53,851 nt of DNA from Psilocybe cubensis (lineage: Eukaryota): contig CM038999.1 of the NCBI GenBank assembly GCA_017499595.2, positions 4,278,001 through 4,331,851 on the forward strand. The letters run 5' to 3'. Position 1 is the first letter of the stretch. The number at the start of each line of letters is the position of its first letter. Below, one piece after another: positions 12,222 through 25,360 of the stretch. The position numbers and the translations under genes are program-made. Under the pieces are notes generated by a model that did no database searches, had not been told where the DNA came from, and saw nothing but the letters and a program-made list of their open reading frames with translations.

Positions 12222-15200
12222 ACCAATGTATCCACAATTTTTGACATGTCCGACTTTCCTCAACACCGCAGAACTTAATTTTCACATTCAATCAAGTACT
12301 ATAAATACTATTCTATCTATTCAGTGCTTCAAACTTACCACAGAATGTTGCAGACATTGAAAAAAGAAAGAAGCAGGATAAGCAGTAATGATCACTCACA
12401 AGCAGCGAAATAACCACAGAATCCAGCAAGCGGGTAAAAGCAGGTGAGAAAGGTATGCAGATGCGCTGCGCCCCAGGACTCTGGCGCTGTGCATGGGCAT
12501 CCCTCGGCCAGCACCCTGTCCCACAAAACCTCTTTGTTGTTCATGTCGTACCCCGAAATTTCGCTACATATCAAGTACCCGCAGCCCCGCATCGTCCACA
12601 TATACACCGCTGCCATGTATTGCCTTCCAATAGCTAGCAGCCGTCTTCAATTAACTTCAGGGTGCGTATAGACCCCCGTTCTCCCCGACACTCTCTTCTG
12701 CTGTTGCGTGGCGGGCAAAGTATTTACCAACACCATGAATCTATGCATCACTCACCTGCCAGCCTTTCACCATTTTCAAGGCCCAGTCACTATACCCACT
12801 GTATCTGTTCAATCAAGAACAACGCGAAAGGAAGAGCGAGATATCTTGCTGGCAACTAACTGCGTTGATTTCATACATGCAAATCACCCTCACGCGTCTT
12901 AACACACCTTGAGTGAATCCCTCTCTTCCACTTCCGCGCCCTCATTTCAATCTTCCACCCCTTGTTCTACACCACTCTCAGTGAAACTCCAAAGCGTTCT
13001 CGAAAAGCAAAAGCTGCAAGACACACGAGAGGCAGATCGGTTGGATGTTGGATGGTGGATCAGGCACTGCTGTAGAAAAAGAGGAAGGGGATGACGCAAG
13101 TGGGCGAGTGCACACACTCAGAGGAACACGCACACATAGATACAGGCTAATGTCCCCCATGTTCAATTGGGACCTGTCCCATCGTCTCTCCAAGTTCTGC
13201 ATATCGCGAATATAGGTCCCAGATACAGCGACAAGACGAGATTGCGCATGGACTTTCGAAAACAAGCGTTTAAATGGTGATTAGTGATACCACTATGAGG
13301 GGTGAGGCCTCGAGGGCCCAATGGGAGCCATTGTAGCACCTGCACTTCAAGAATTTAAAGATTCGTGCTGTGTCCATCGCAGACAAAGAGTCGTTGTCCT
13401 CGTTTTATCTATACATACTCAGAATCCCCAGCACACAGTGCCTCGTGAAACACACAACTCGACACCCGCGGCGATGTGGCACGTACTTTGAATCACTCAA
13501 ACTCGAATATCGCTCTTTATTTATCTATCGCTACACCTTGATTCTTTGCCTCCATCACCCTAAGTTTACTGGTACGTCCCCACCTGTGTCATGAGCAAAT
13601 ATGATGGCTGATTTTTGAGCAGCAGCTCTCGTTAGGGCAATGGCTGCATTTGCCCAGTTCTAATCAGAGCACAAGCCGCCGAGTCATTCTCTTTCAGCGC
13701 ATAGTGGCAGCCCAGGAAATAACCATAAGTTATATATGATCAATACTGAAAACACTTTCAGGCATCCGTCTACGAGTTTCAAGAGCCGAAGAATCAAAAT
13801 ATAAGTCGCTTAGAGTGCGACGTTGTATGCGATACCTGCTTTTCCCAGAAAGGCGGTGCGAATCTGGGAGAAAGCCTGCATTTCGAAAGACTGCACAGTG
13901 TGGATGGTAAGTCTGCAAAGTGATATCGGCTCCACGCCTCTCCCTCTTCCCTCACTATCTTTTAGGTCAACTACTCCCCCTCTTCAAGAAATACTAGGTG
14001 TGCCCGCGTTCTCATTATGATTGAAGCATACTCATGAACCTTGTACTCAATACAGCCACGGAGCCTTGAGTTCAACGTCCAGCAGAGGCTTGTCGCCGTT
14101 GACGTGATTGTGCGCGTATTTCTCGTGTGCCCTGTTTCAAGCAGACGCGCAGGGATACAACTGCACTGAGGTCATATTTCCAAGGTCTGTGTACTCTCTC
14201 TTCATCACTTGCTAAAGTAATCACCACCTTGTTAGGATGGCATGCCCCAGGAGATTGAGATTCACTGCAATGACGCGACATTTGGTGAGCATTGTCACCT
14301 TCTCATTTATACTTTGCTGGAATGAGATACTTGCTATATTTTAGTGAGTACCTTACATCCCAAGATTGACCGTTCAACCGTGTTTATAGGTATTTATCTA
14401 GTTGTGGGAACAATAGCGGGCGATGAGATTGACATGCGGGGGTGAGTATTTGTTCCATTACTTCCGAATCCGATACTACATCTCTTCGTCTATTTAACCG
14501 TGTGGGTAAGTCTTCCACTTTCAAAGTGATGTAATAATATCTAACTGCCGCGCCAAAATATCCAGATCTCCGTGTCCCCCATTTTTGGAGCATATATGAG
14601 AGCTGTGCATCCTTTTATTCCTTCTGAATTGACCATTGCTCCTGGGATAGACAAAAGGCGCTTAACAATGTCAAGATGACCTCGATAAAAAGCAGAGCAA
14701 TTGTGTGAGTGGAGGTGTTTGGTGTACGCGCGTGTGCGTCAGCCCATTGAGTTTCTTCTACAACACCTACTCCGACTCCCACGCACCCACTCTGCTGCAT
14801 TAATGTTATCGATACTCATTGCAACGTTCACACTCACCATCCATGGCCTCGCTTGGCTCCACAACTCCGGAACCTCCCCTTTTCATCTGGTTATCTGTAC
14901 TCTCTGACAACGAGTGGTGAGTGACCCATTTGTACTCCTTATAACGAGTATCGCGCACTCTTACTTTTCACTTTTACCCCATATAGTGCCGTTACCCGAG
15001 AACACAGGCAATACGAGCGGAACATGGAGAGCGTCAATACGAACACAAGGTCGACCTGGCAGCGGAGAATTCGGCGTCGACTTACCTCGACGTAAATGGA
15101 CTTTGGCATCGACTACCTGTATGCGGGTGTATGCGTTGGGTGGTGGGTATGTACCAGGTGTGATATTTTTCGCATTGGAAATCTCAGCATCAGCGTGAGT

Positions 15201-17044
15201 GTAAGTGAGGAAGCGGATGCGGATATGGATATGGATGTCTGCAGGTTGGATATGTTTGAAGAGGGTTTAATTGGGCGAGCGTGTTTGTAGTCCTCCATTG
15301 TATCCCTTTCCATACTCTCCAACCCCACTTTACCAAGATTCACGTTCAATTCTGCCTTGCACAGATGCTGTATCACCAGAGACACTATTTATTGGTATTG
15401 TACTCCTTTGCTTCCCGCTCGATGCCAATGAAAACAAGGACAGTATCAAGTGGACAATACCACACGTAAGCGTACAATGAGACTAACGGGCCTGGACACG
15501 TCTCGGTCTCTTGTGCAATTTGGCGTCGATGGCATGTGCGCCGGTGTGGACGTGTATGTGCTCAAGGAAGGTCGGGGGTGCAGCATTGGCGTAGGTGCAG
15601 GTGTAGGAGGGACGAGGGATGATTTTGAAGGAGTGTATCTGTATGTTGTGCGTGAGTGAGTGCAACAATATCTATTCTTCTTTTTCTGCGATCCTCTGTG
15701 CTCGTTAAACGTGCTCTCCAGTTCGTGCTGTCGTTTATCCATCCTCCGTCCCATAATCGTTCTCCTTGTGGCAGTTTTGACCAATCCCTCGTTCATTTAT
15801 CTTTCTAAACTATTATCGAGATCGTGTCTATTCATATGAAATATGCAGCCTTAGACTTGCTTTTAGGCATCGTCTGCTTTTTTCTTCACACACACACGGC
15901 ACACACTCTTCATGTATTTCTCGTCTCCTCTTGACTTGTCGTCTCCAGCCATCGGATGGTGCATGATTAAGATTGTTTGTAAACGCGACGGGAGCAAAAA
16001 GGGAGAAGTTAGAGGATGTGGTGTCGGCATTCTCCCTGTACTGACAGCTCTGTACCCAATGTCAACGTGTATTGATACCTGGGGGTTGTAATGAAGACAG
16101 ATGGGTGTGGTTCTGGTAAGCAGGCTGTCTTACAGCCTTTTAGACATGTTTGGGCGGGGATGTGTGGAACACGCGTCGGCCGACTGTGTTCAACGCGACA
16201 TCAGTCGTGTATGCTGACAACCATAGTGAATAGAGCGTTAATATGATATTGGCAGGGTCGCTCACCATTAGCAGGCCCTTCCATGTTCTCCAAACATGTC
16301 GTTCTTGAGGCGGCACAACGTGCGGGGGTGCGGGGATGGATGGTGGTGCGGACACCCTCCGAGAAACAGGTCATTTGCGAGCTGGGATGGATGGAGGATG
16401 TGTCGGTGGGCCGTGTTCAACGCGAGATGAGGCATTCAGGCTGGACACGTCGGTGAGTACGGTGTAAAAACGAGATTGACAGGGTTGCTAACCTTCTCAA
16501 GGGCCTTCAACGACATTGACCTTCCATGCAAAGTATCATCCAAAGGGGGCGGCGCGTCGAACACAATGTGAGTGAGTATGAAAATGGCTTCAGAATGTCG
16601 TTACTGACCTCTTTAAAGCACCTGCAACACGGTTTGTGGATTCGTTGAGCATCGTCGAGGCTGATAGAGCACTGGTGAGTAGTGATGTGTTCAACAAACA
16701 ATGACGCGGACGCCCCACCGTCCATTCCAGCTCGAAACGATGCCCTCGCCTGACGTTGAAGGACCCTCCATGAGCGGTTCCGCATGCCATCCCCCTCGAA
16801 ACGACGCGCTGTAGACGGGCCTGCAAAGTGTTAGTGTCCTTCACAGCCTCTTTTTGACAGTGTACTCACCAGACTCAACACATCCGCATCCAGAAAATGG
16901 GTTGAACACGCGTTTCTGACACGCTCGTCAAGACTAAACGGTGTGCATCCCACCTCAAAAACGATGCGTTTGCGTGACGTTGAGGGTTCTTGTTGAATTG
17001 AACACGCTTTGCTGACTCGACAACGACGCGCTTGAATATTGTTG

Positions 17045-17625
17045 AGGGCCCTTGTCAAGGTTAGTTTTGCTGACAGCCTCCATCTGATGCTGCACTCACC
17101 ATACCCAACTCGTACATGCCTAGCAAGTCGCATCAACCACGTTTCGCCGACTCGTCTCGACATGTGTCCCGCCTCCCAAAGTGAAGTCGTCGCCGCCCTT
17201 GCCGCTTCGAAACGCTGCTCCATTGAGGTCTCTTTTCAAGGTTGGTGACCCCGTAAACCTCTTTTTACTGACATATTCACCAGCGTGGCCAGCTTGTTCA
17301 TGGCCAGCTAGTCACAATGAGCAGATCCATGTGTAGGGCTCCTGTCAAGGTTAGTGTCGTTGACAGCCTCTATCTAATGCTGTACTCACCATACCCAACT
17401 TGTACATGCCTAGCGAGTTGTATTGCTGACTCGTCTCCGCACATGTAGGTGTGTCCCGTGTAGTGGCGTGCTCGTCTTGCAAAAGAACCCGTCGCTGTGC
17501 TTCCCGCTTCGAAAACGCCACGCCGGTGAGATCTCTTCTCAAGGTTAGAGACCCCGACAACCTCTTTTTGCTGCCCTACTCACCAGCATATCCAGCTTAT
17601 TCATGCTTAGCTAGTCACACTGAGC
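17045..17625. repeat. Diverged ~295-bp tandem duplication
   Basis: GTCAAGGTTAGT...TGACAGCCTC.ATCT.ATGCTG.ACTCACCATACCCAACT.GTACATGCCTAGC at about 17053 and 17344. Confidence 0.8.
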
Positions 17626-19942
17626 TTGAACAAACTCTAAACCCTTCCAGCATCCTTCAATCCCCCGCTATTTCCCTCATCTCACTGTTACCAGCCAATC
17701 GCACCTCGGGTTCCAGACGGCGGCGCTGCGAGTGAGAGCTTGCAATCTGGGACAGCAGTGAGTAAGACTCTTACTATTTTCTGCTCACTTACCATCGTTT
17801 GCCATACTAGTAGAGGGCGGGGTGCGAGCTCTGGCAAGAAAACACAACCCCAACGTCGTACACGATGTGCCTCGTTGGGAATGTCCTGCCAAGGTGCGTC
17901 AGCACAGTTAAACGCTGTGCTGACTTCTTACCTGACATTCCATCTTTCAGGTTGACGACAACGACAACTGCGCGCGGGGCCACGGGAGCAGGGTGACAAA
18001 CTGCGGGTACATACAAGTTACCTATGCAGTTGGCATTATATCGTTACTCACGTTTTGCCTCTTTTCAAAGTGTATGCATCGGCGTTCTGGAGTTGCGGGG
18101 TACGACCACTGCTGAATACTCTAGGTCAGTCATTGGAACAATACATCATACCCTGCTGCTCACCGTTCTTTTACCATTTCCAGTGACTTCAAATCGCCAA
18201 CGTTGGCCTCGTGTTAGGAGATGAGGGAAACTTGAAGTACCCAACATCAAGTGGGCGACGCTCCTAGCATTATGTGAGTGACCCTCTTAATTCTCTATAC
18301 TTTAATTACCATCACTTGTTCCCTAGCAGCAAGAGTTCCCGCCATATCTGTGTACACAACAGGCTGCGAAGAGTCGTTCACTGGCAAAGTGCGTCAGCAC
18401 TGTAGGTATACGTCGTCATGTTTCTGCTTACCGTTTTCTTCTCGGTGCCACCGTATCCGAATTCTGTGCATACAATTAAATACTGTGTAGCATGAATGGC
18501 GACAAACACTCACTATCGCATTGCGCTGCCGACGAAAGAGGCTGAGGCTAATGGGTTGGAATTGTGCAACGATGGGCGGCGAGTCAGTACCAGGGTGTCG
18601 TTTAGGGCATGCCGCTCACCATCCTCACAACTGTTCCGTCGAGCACACCGTTAGCACCGTCGTTGACAGCACATCTTACCGTCTCGATGCAGTCACTGCC
18701 ATACGAGGCTTGAAAGGGCGAGGGGAGAGAGGCTGAGAAGACAAGGGGATGGGGTGAAGGATACCAGCAAGGTGCGTGTCCTTTATATACCCGTCAGGGT
18801 TCTAGTATGAGTGTTACTAGTACGTCTGTTACATGTCGTAAGTCAACCGAATATACAGATTTTTTTTTCTGTTGCTTGTTGGTGTATATTCGCGTTACGT
18901 GAGGTGTGATCGGTGTATTGAGATTGTGAGTTGGGTGTTGGGTGGGTTGGACTTTGGAATAATTGTGCTTTGAAGTTGGTGCCGTACAGATAGTCTTTAA
19001 TGAATGAATCACATTGCGATTTCGCGTCTAATTTATGAAAGTAGTTACCAACGTGAAACGAAATTTCTCCAATAGAACTGCATTCCAACATTTGATAAAT
19101 AATTGCAATGTGACAAGGCTCAAAGCAATTATTAAATAGTCGATCCCTTCACAGGCCCACGCAAACGTGTTGTCTGACACCTAGAGGTCAGTAGTCCAGT
19201 ACAGACATGTCTTGTTGCTCACCTTGACACACAAACACCACGTCAACACATAAAAGCCCCTCAACACACACACAGGGAGGAGGTTCGTGAGTGTGAGGTT
19301 GTGGAGTTGACGGTTCGTTGATGAGCTATGGGACTGTAGACATACTTTACAGTGTACTCTGCACTATGTATGGTATGTGAGGTGTGTTTATAGAGTGCTA
19401 GAATCGATGTGTATTGCTAATTTACAGAATTTGTGAAGCGGGGTGCTTGGGCGCTTAACATTTGTTCCCTGAAATATTGCCCATTCTTTTCTTTATTTGA
19501 ATTCTTCATCAGGTACACACAGTGTATATTACTTAGATAGTCGCTATCTACCTTCACGGTGATTCCAGGGTATCAAAAACGCTTATTTTTGTGTTTAAAA
19601 CTCTCCTAAGATGCCATGGATGTATTTTTGATTATCTCAATTTTGCGTCGCCATATGACTTACAAACCGACTTGGCCTGGGATATACTACATTAGACTGT
19701 ATGAAAAATACCCTGAAATGTCGAAAAAGTGCGAAATGGCTTGGGAACGGCTTCCATATAGGTATGTTTGTCAGCGGATTCATATTGGTTGCTCAGTTCC
19801 GTGAGCTTCCAACTCTTGTTACCGACCAATCTGAGCAATCTAGACTAGCCTATTCCTGGAAGCGAGGTAAATGAGACGATTTAAAAGCGGAGTAATGATG
19901 AATTAGGGCATAAGGAGAGCGTTCGCACCCCGGTTGACATAC

Positions 19943-20150
19943 CATGTTTAACCATACACCACAAAGCACATATTAGCGCTGGTTAGGGTTTATGGTTTAG
20001 GGTTGGTGGTGACCACAAAAATACATATTAGGATGGTTTAGGGTTTAGCATTAGGGTTGGTTGGGATTTGATATACCACAAAAGCACAAATTAGTCCGGT
20101 TAGGGTTGGTTAGGGTTGGTTAGGGTTGGTAATTACAATTAAATATTTAG
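19943..20150 (+). repeat. ~200-bp telomere-like dispersed module, copy 2
   Basis: Same module as 12019-12221. Confidence 0.85.
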
Positions 20151-20719
20151 CTGCACAATGTTGTTTACCCAGTACGTTCAAGTTAAAATACTTCCCTGCG
20201 GACCTCGCTCAACTCTGTACTATCCGCCACCATCTTCATGTCACCCGCTGAGATCTCGCCACCGAGCACAGGTGCTGTCTTACCCTTCTCACCCACTATT
20301 GGTGTCCCGTCATACGTTTCATTGACCTCAAGGTCGTCCTCTTGGACGTCAGTTATATGTGTTCGCATAAGCAAACTTGAAAATGGTCAGACGAGACAAG
20401 ATGCAGTAACAAGGATAAGTTGTTAGTCCGCAACACGGAGCACGGTAGCTTGCCTGCACTGAATGGTTGGCAAATATTGGGGGCTAGTCACAACGGCTGG
20501 AAGAGGAGAGAAGTATGAGTCAGAGTATGTTGCTACACCTGGCGTCAGACAATAACAGTGAGCCTGTTTTTATCTTGGGACTTACAAAAGAAATTACCCT
20601 GGCTGGATCCAAAGGAATCTTATGTCGCACGGCAGGAACACAACACAGCATCGGGTCCAATGTAGTCCAATCGAATAAAACGCCGCGAGGCTAAGTAAGC
20701 AAACCAGCACAAGCGCGTC

Positions 20720-22030
20720 CAGCAACTCACCTTGACACCCACACAGACCCTTTGACATGATGACGACCTCAGCCGTGATCGCTGGTGAGGATGTGGCGCT
20801 GTCATTGGTGAGTCCCAGACATAACAATGTCACGGAAAAACACGCTCACTCACCTCTTCCCGACGCGTCTCTTCCAGTCAGCGGCATTTCAAAGGTCATC
20901 GTGTTGTCTGACGCCCACTGGAGGTAGGTAATTGTGCACATACATGTCCAGCTACTCACCTTGACACACAGATGCCGCCACGTCGACACAAACACCCACC
21001 GTCGAACCACACAGGCCTCTCAAGACAACAACCTCGCCTCTCACCAACCACACTCACTGGTGAAGATGCGCCGTGGCGCTGTTATTGGTGAGTCCAAGTC
21101 ATAATGAAAGGAACATGCTTGCTGACTCACCTCATCCCAACGCGTTTCTTCCAGCCAGCCACCCATCAAATATCAGGTCATCGTGTTGTCTGGTGCCCAA
21201 AGGTAAGTAGTCCAGCACAGACGTTTTCGGCTACTCACCTTGACACATAGACGCCACGTCGACACATCCAAGCCCCTCGACGCACACCAGATCCCTCAAA
21301 ACGACGACCACGACTATCACGACGCGGCGCCGTTGTCGGTGAGTCCCAATCATAATGAAAAGACAAGAAATGGCCCACTCACCTCATCCCAGCGCGTTTC
21401 TTCCAGCCAGCCACCCATCAAATATCAGGTCACCGTGTCGTCTGGTGCCCAAAGGTGAGTGATTGTGCACAGACTTGTCCAGCTACTCACCTTGACACAC
21501 AGACGCCATGTAGAGACATAAAAAACCACCCTCGACGCACCCAAGACCCCTTGATACAACGACCTCAAATCCCTGGTGAAGATGCACTGAGAGGTGAGTA
21601 GCCCAGCACAGACACGTCTAGTTACTTACCTTGACACACAGATGCCACGTTGACGCAACAGCAGCCTCGCCGACCACAAGACTCCTTGACACAACGACCT
21701 CGACACTCACCAACCCGCTCTTGCTGGTGAATATGCGCCGTGGCGCTGCTATTGGTGAGTGCAAGTCACGATAAATGGAACACGGTCACTGACTCACCTC
21801 ATCCCAACGCGTTTCTTCCAGCTAGCGGCGTCTTGAATGCCAGGTCAACGTGTTGTCTGACACCTAGAGGTGAGTAATCCAGCACAGACATGTCCGACGC
21901 ACACAAGACCCCTTGAAACAACAACCTTGATTATCACTGACCCGCGTTCGAAAGCCGTCATTGGTGAGTCCCAGCCACCATAAAACAGACATGCTCACTG
22001 ACTTACCTCATCCCAACGCGTGTCTTGAAG
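20720..22030. repeat. Diverged ~250-280 bp tandem repeat rich in GGTGAGT/ACTCACC motifs (related piece at ~19165-19270)
   Basis: CTCACCTC.TCCC..CGCGT.TCTT at about 20849, 21127, 21378 and 21793 (variant at ~22002); CTCACCTTGACAC repeated. Confidence 0.75.
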
Positions 22031-23651
22031 CCCATTGTCATTTTACTGAACCACCACACCCTTGACGTGGCCTCCAGCCCATCGTTATCGTCTGTTGGCA
22101 TGTTACAGAGGGGGAGTGTTTGTTCTGTGTATTTGGCTCTGACAATCTGACATGTTCACAGGTCGCCATCGTCGACGGTGGAGTGGAAATAACTGCGAAT
22201 CACGATGTAGAAAGACACATGCAACTACTCACCAAGAGGGGCAGCAGCCCACCATCCCATTCTGCTCAACCCCGCTTCCCTTTGTCCACCATGAGATTGC
22301 GCCCACCCTACACAATTACAGCCACCACTGACGGGTTCTTGACGACGACACGGAGTATGGACGACGAGCGCAGCGTGGTATTGAGTGTGAAGGGTCCCAG
22401 GATGTCATTGAATGGAAGGGTGTAGCGCACTATTGAGGGTGGAATGAAACTAGGTAGGCTGTGAGTAACGATGTAGACGGATGTATGACTACTCACTGTG
22501 TGTATGATCGAGGACTCCCCTGCGTTCTCGAGCACGACTGTCCTGCGATTGGAATTGAATGGAGCCGCGTTTCAGGCGAGGAGGAGCGAGTATGGATGGA
22601 ATGGGAGTGTTTGGAAAAGATTGAAATGGTCGAGAGGTCTTGACAGGGAAAGAAAGCAAAAGCGCAATACAGGTGAGTATGCTATCACTTTCAAAGTCCT
22701 GTTTTACAGTGTTAACATGTTTGTTTCTAACTGCGTATTGTGCTTCAATGCAGGCACTTAATCTGATTTGAGGCATTTACTTTGAATCGCGCACTCGGGT
22801 TCGATTTTTGGACCTCTATACATTCAAACATAGTGTGCTGACCACAATACAGGGGATACCAAGCACTTGAAAGTGACATATTCCAGGGAAACACATCAAT
22901 TTGAGAGTGAGGGCATAGATTGTGCATCCACGCTAACAGCACACACCAAGCGCAAACTTTCACACTGTCAACCACCCATCCGAGCCTAGAAGAACAGTAT
23001 CTCCACCCGTATAATGTATCCAGCTACCCAAGACACCTGGGAAACACGCAGAATTGCGTATAATGTATGTATTCGTTCTGGAGCATCATCCCAGTGTGTC
23101 CTTTGTTTCATTCTGCAATTTTTTTTTCAAAGTTTCTAGGTGGTAACGTCATGTTAGCCGAGCCGAGTAGGTATGGATTAGTGCGTGACGTGTCTATAAT
23201 GACAGAAAACGTTGGAAATAGGTTGAAAACGGGAATCGGGGGAGCAGGAGGATGTGCACGTACATGATATTAATTTTTGAAATTTCTTCTCGAGTAACTT
23301 GATTGGGCTGAGCTTTTCGAGTATAGGGGTGTACTATGGCATGTCAAGGCGAGTAATCAGTGCTCTGTATGTCTTTGTATCAGATTCTGATGTGTTAATT
23401 CAATCATGAGTCTCTCCGGGCGCTAAACATTTTTTGCTGTCTCAAATTTCTCCAGGTTTCACACAGGTCCATTGGTACATAGTATACCATCCGATGAGCA
23501 CCATAAAGTCTGTCAAAACACGCATATCTGCACAAAACGGCCACTTGTAGGAGCCCTATGTAATGTCATATACTGGGCAGTTGCCCACATAAATTCCGCC
23601 TGCCTGATTCAAACCAGCGACATTACTAATTCATCACCATACAATTATAAC

Positions 23652-23880
23652 AACACAATGTAACACCTACACCACAAAGCACATATTAGCCTTGGTTAGG
23701 GTTAGGGATTAGGGTTGGTAATGACCACAAAAATACAGATTAGGATGGTTTAGGGTTTAGGTTTTAGGGTTGGTTGGGATTTGATAATACCATAAAAGCA
23801 CGGATTAGGCTGGTTAGGGCTGGTTAGGGTTGGTAAATACAATTATATATGTAGCAGCTTAGGGTTGGTATGTATGTAGC
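23652..23880 (+). repeat. ~200-bp telomere-like dispersed module, copy 3
   Basis: Same module as 12019-12221, closest to copy 1. Confidence 0.85.
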
Positions 23881-25315
23881 CAATAATGTTGAGTATCATC
23901 CCCTAAACAATATCCCGTTTGATTTCAAACTTCCCCATCCCATACCCAACCTTATCTGCAGGCACCTGTATGTCTCTGAACGGGCGCTCACGTTGTTGCT
24001 CCTGGCGCTGGCAATATACATCTCCTACATCAACAGCCAGCTTCTTTCCGCAGCACGGTGACCTCGTCATAATTCCTCTATCCTCCTCCTCTGCCATCGG
24101 ATCGTTTCCTTGCATGTCGAATTGTCACTGGTTGAAGTGGTAGAAGCGGTATCTTAATAGACTTGGGATGTGGCGGGGTTGTATTGGATTAAGTAACAAT
24201 GCAGAGACGTCAATGAGGCGGTGGTGGAGTTAAAAGTGCAGGTAGACACTGTCTCGTAACGCGCTGCTGTACAAAAGATTAGCGTGACGCCCCATACTCC
24301 CCATGCGTCGACCAGATGCTTTCCAATTACAAACGTAATTCTCCCTTATGTTTCCGCTGAATCTTATACACTTTTTCAGGATGTAAAGGCGAAATGTGAT
24401 CATAGGGACAGCGCCAGGGGAAGAATCAGGTGCGCACCATGAATCATAGATCTCAGATATACAACTTACACTCATGCGTCTTATCATTCCTTGTACAGAC
24501 TCCCCCTCGAGGACCTCCACGACCTTGTCAGTAATGGATCAGCAAAGTCACAGATGGGACATACCTTCGTTTAACCTCGCAATGGCGCACCGCGGACGTC
24601 CAAAAATCGAATCACAATCTGCAAAGAATCGTCAGCATCGTGTAAAAAAAGAAGAGCAAGACAAGAACTTACTGAACGGTGTGGCTCAAGGTCAAGAGTG
24701 GCGACCGTGCACACCAACAATGGTTGTTTGGCACAGCCAAACACACAATAGGGGCATGGCGGCGGATGGACAGACATACTGAAAGCATGGGGCATAACAA
24801 TCTGCTGCTGCACATTCAAAACGAGTCAGCTCGATAAATCCCAATAATTCTCAAACAAATTCAATTCAAACTCGACGATATGCACGGAGACTCGACCCAT
24901 ATCCCTCTGGTATGTGCTTTGTTTGTTGACTGCATCCCCTCATCCCCTCTCCGCTGTCCCATCCTCTCCCCTCCTGTCCTTTGAACTGCTACAGCGCAAC
25001 AGAATCCCGAGTCCTCGCTTTCCACCCTCAATTTGATGTCGCGGCTCAGCTCCTTGTATGGTGCGCAGTGGAATGCACGATGGATGGGTGAGTCGGGCAG
25101 GGTTGCATTCGACAGCGCGCTGACGGTGTGTTTTACAGGTTCGGACGCGTCGGTGAGCCTTCCACAGTCTTTTCTCGACGTCGACGCTAATTTGAACACG
25201 CCAGCGCCGCCCGCATGATTCCAGTTGTACACGGTGAGTGGTGACTACAGCTCAAGGAAACACTGACTGCACATCTTGACAGAGTCCCTCCCCGCATCTA
25301 TCAGCAGTTGTGTAC

Positions 25316-25360
25316 GGGTTTAGGGTTTAGGGTTTAGGGTTTAGGGTTTAGGGTTTAGGG
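25316..25360 (+). repeat. Proximal TTTAGGG tract starting the terminal PLE array
   Basis: About 6 TTTAGGG units between unique DNA and the PLE 3' terminus. Confidence 0.93.

Noticed and set aside
7100-25300. Numerous 60-170 aa ORFs as protein-coding genes
   Set aside because: No recognisable domains. Intron-rich or decayed genes may exist but cannot be modelled reliably by eye.
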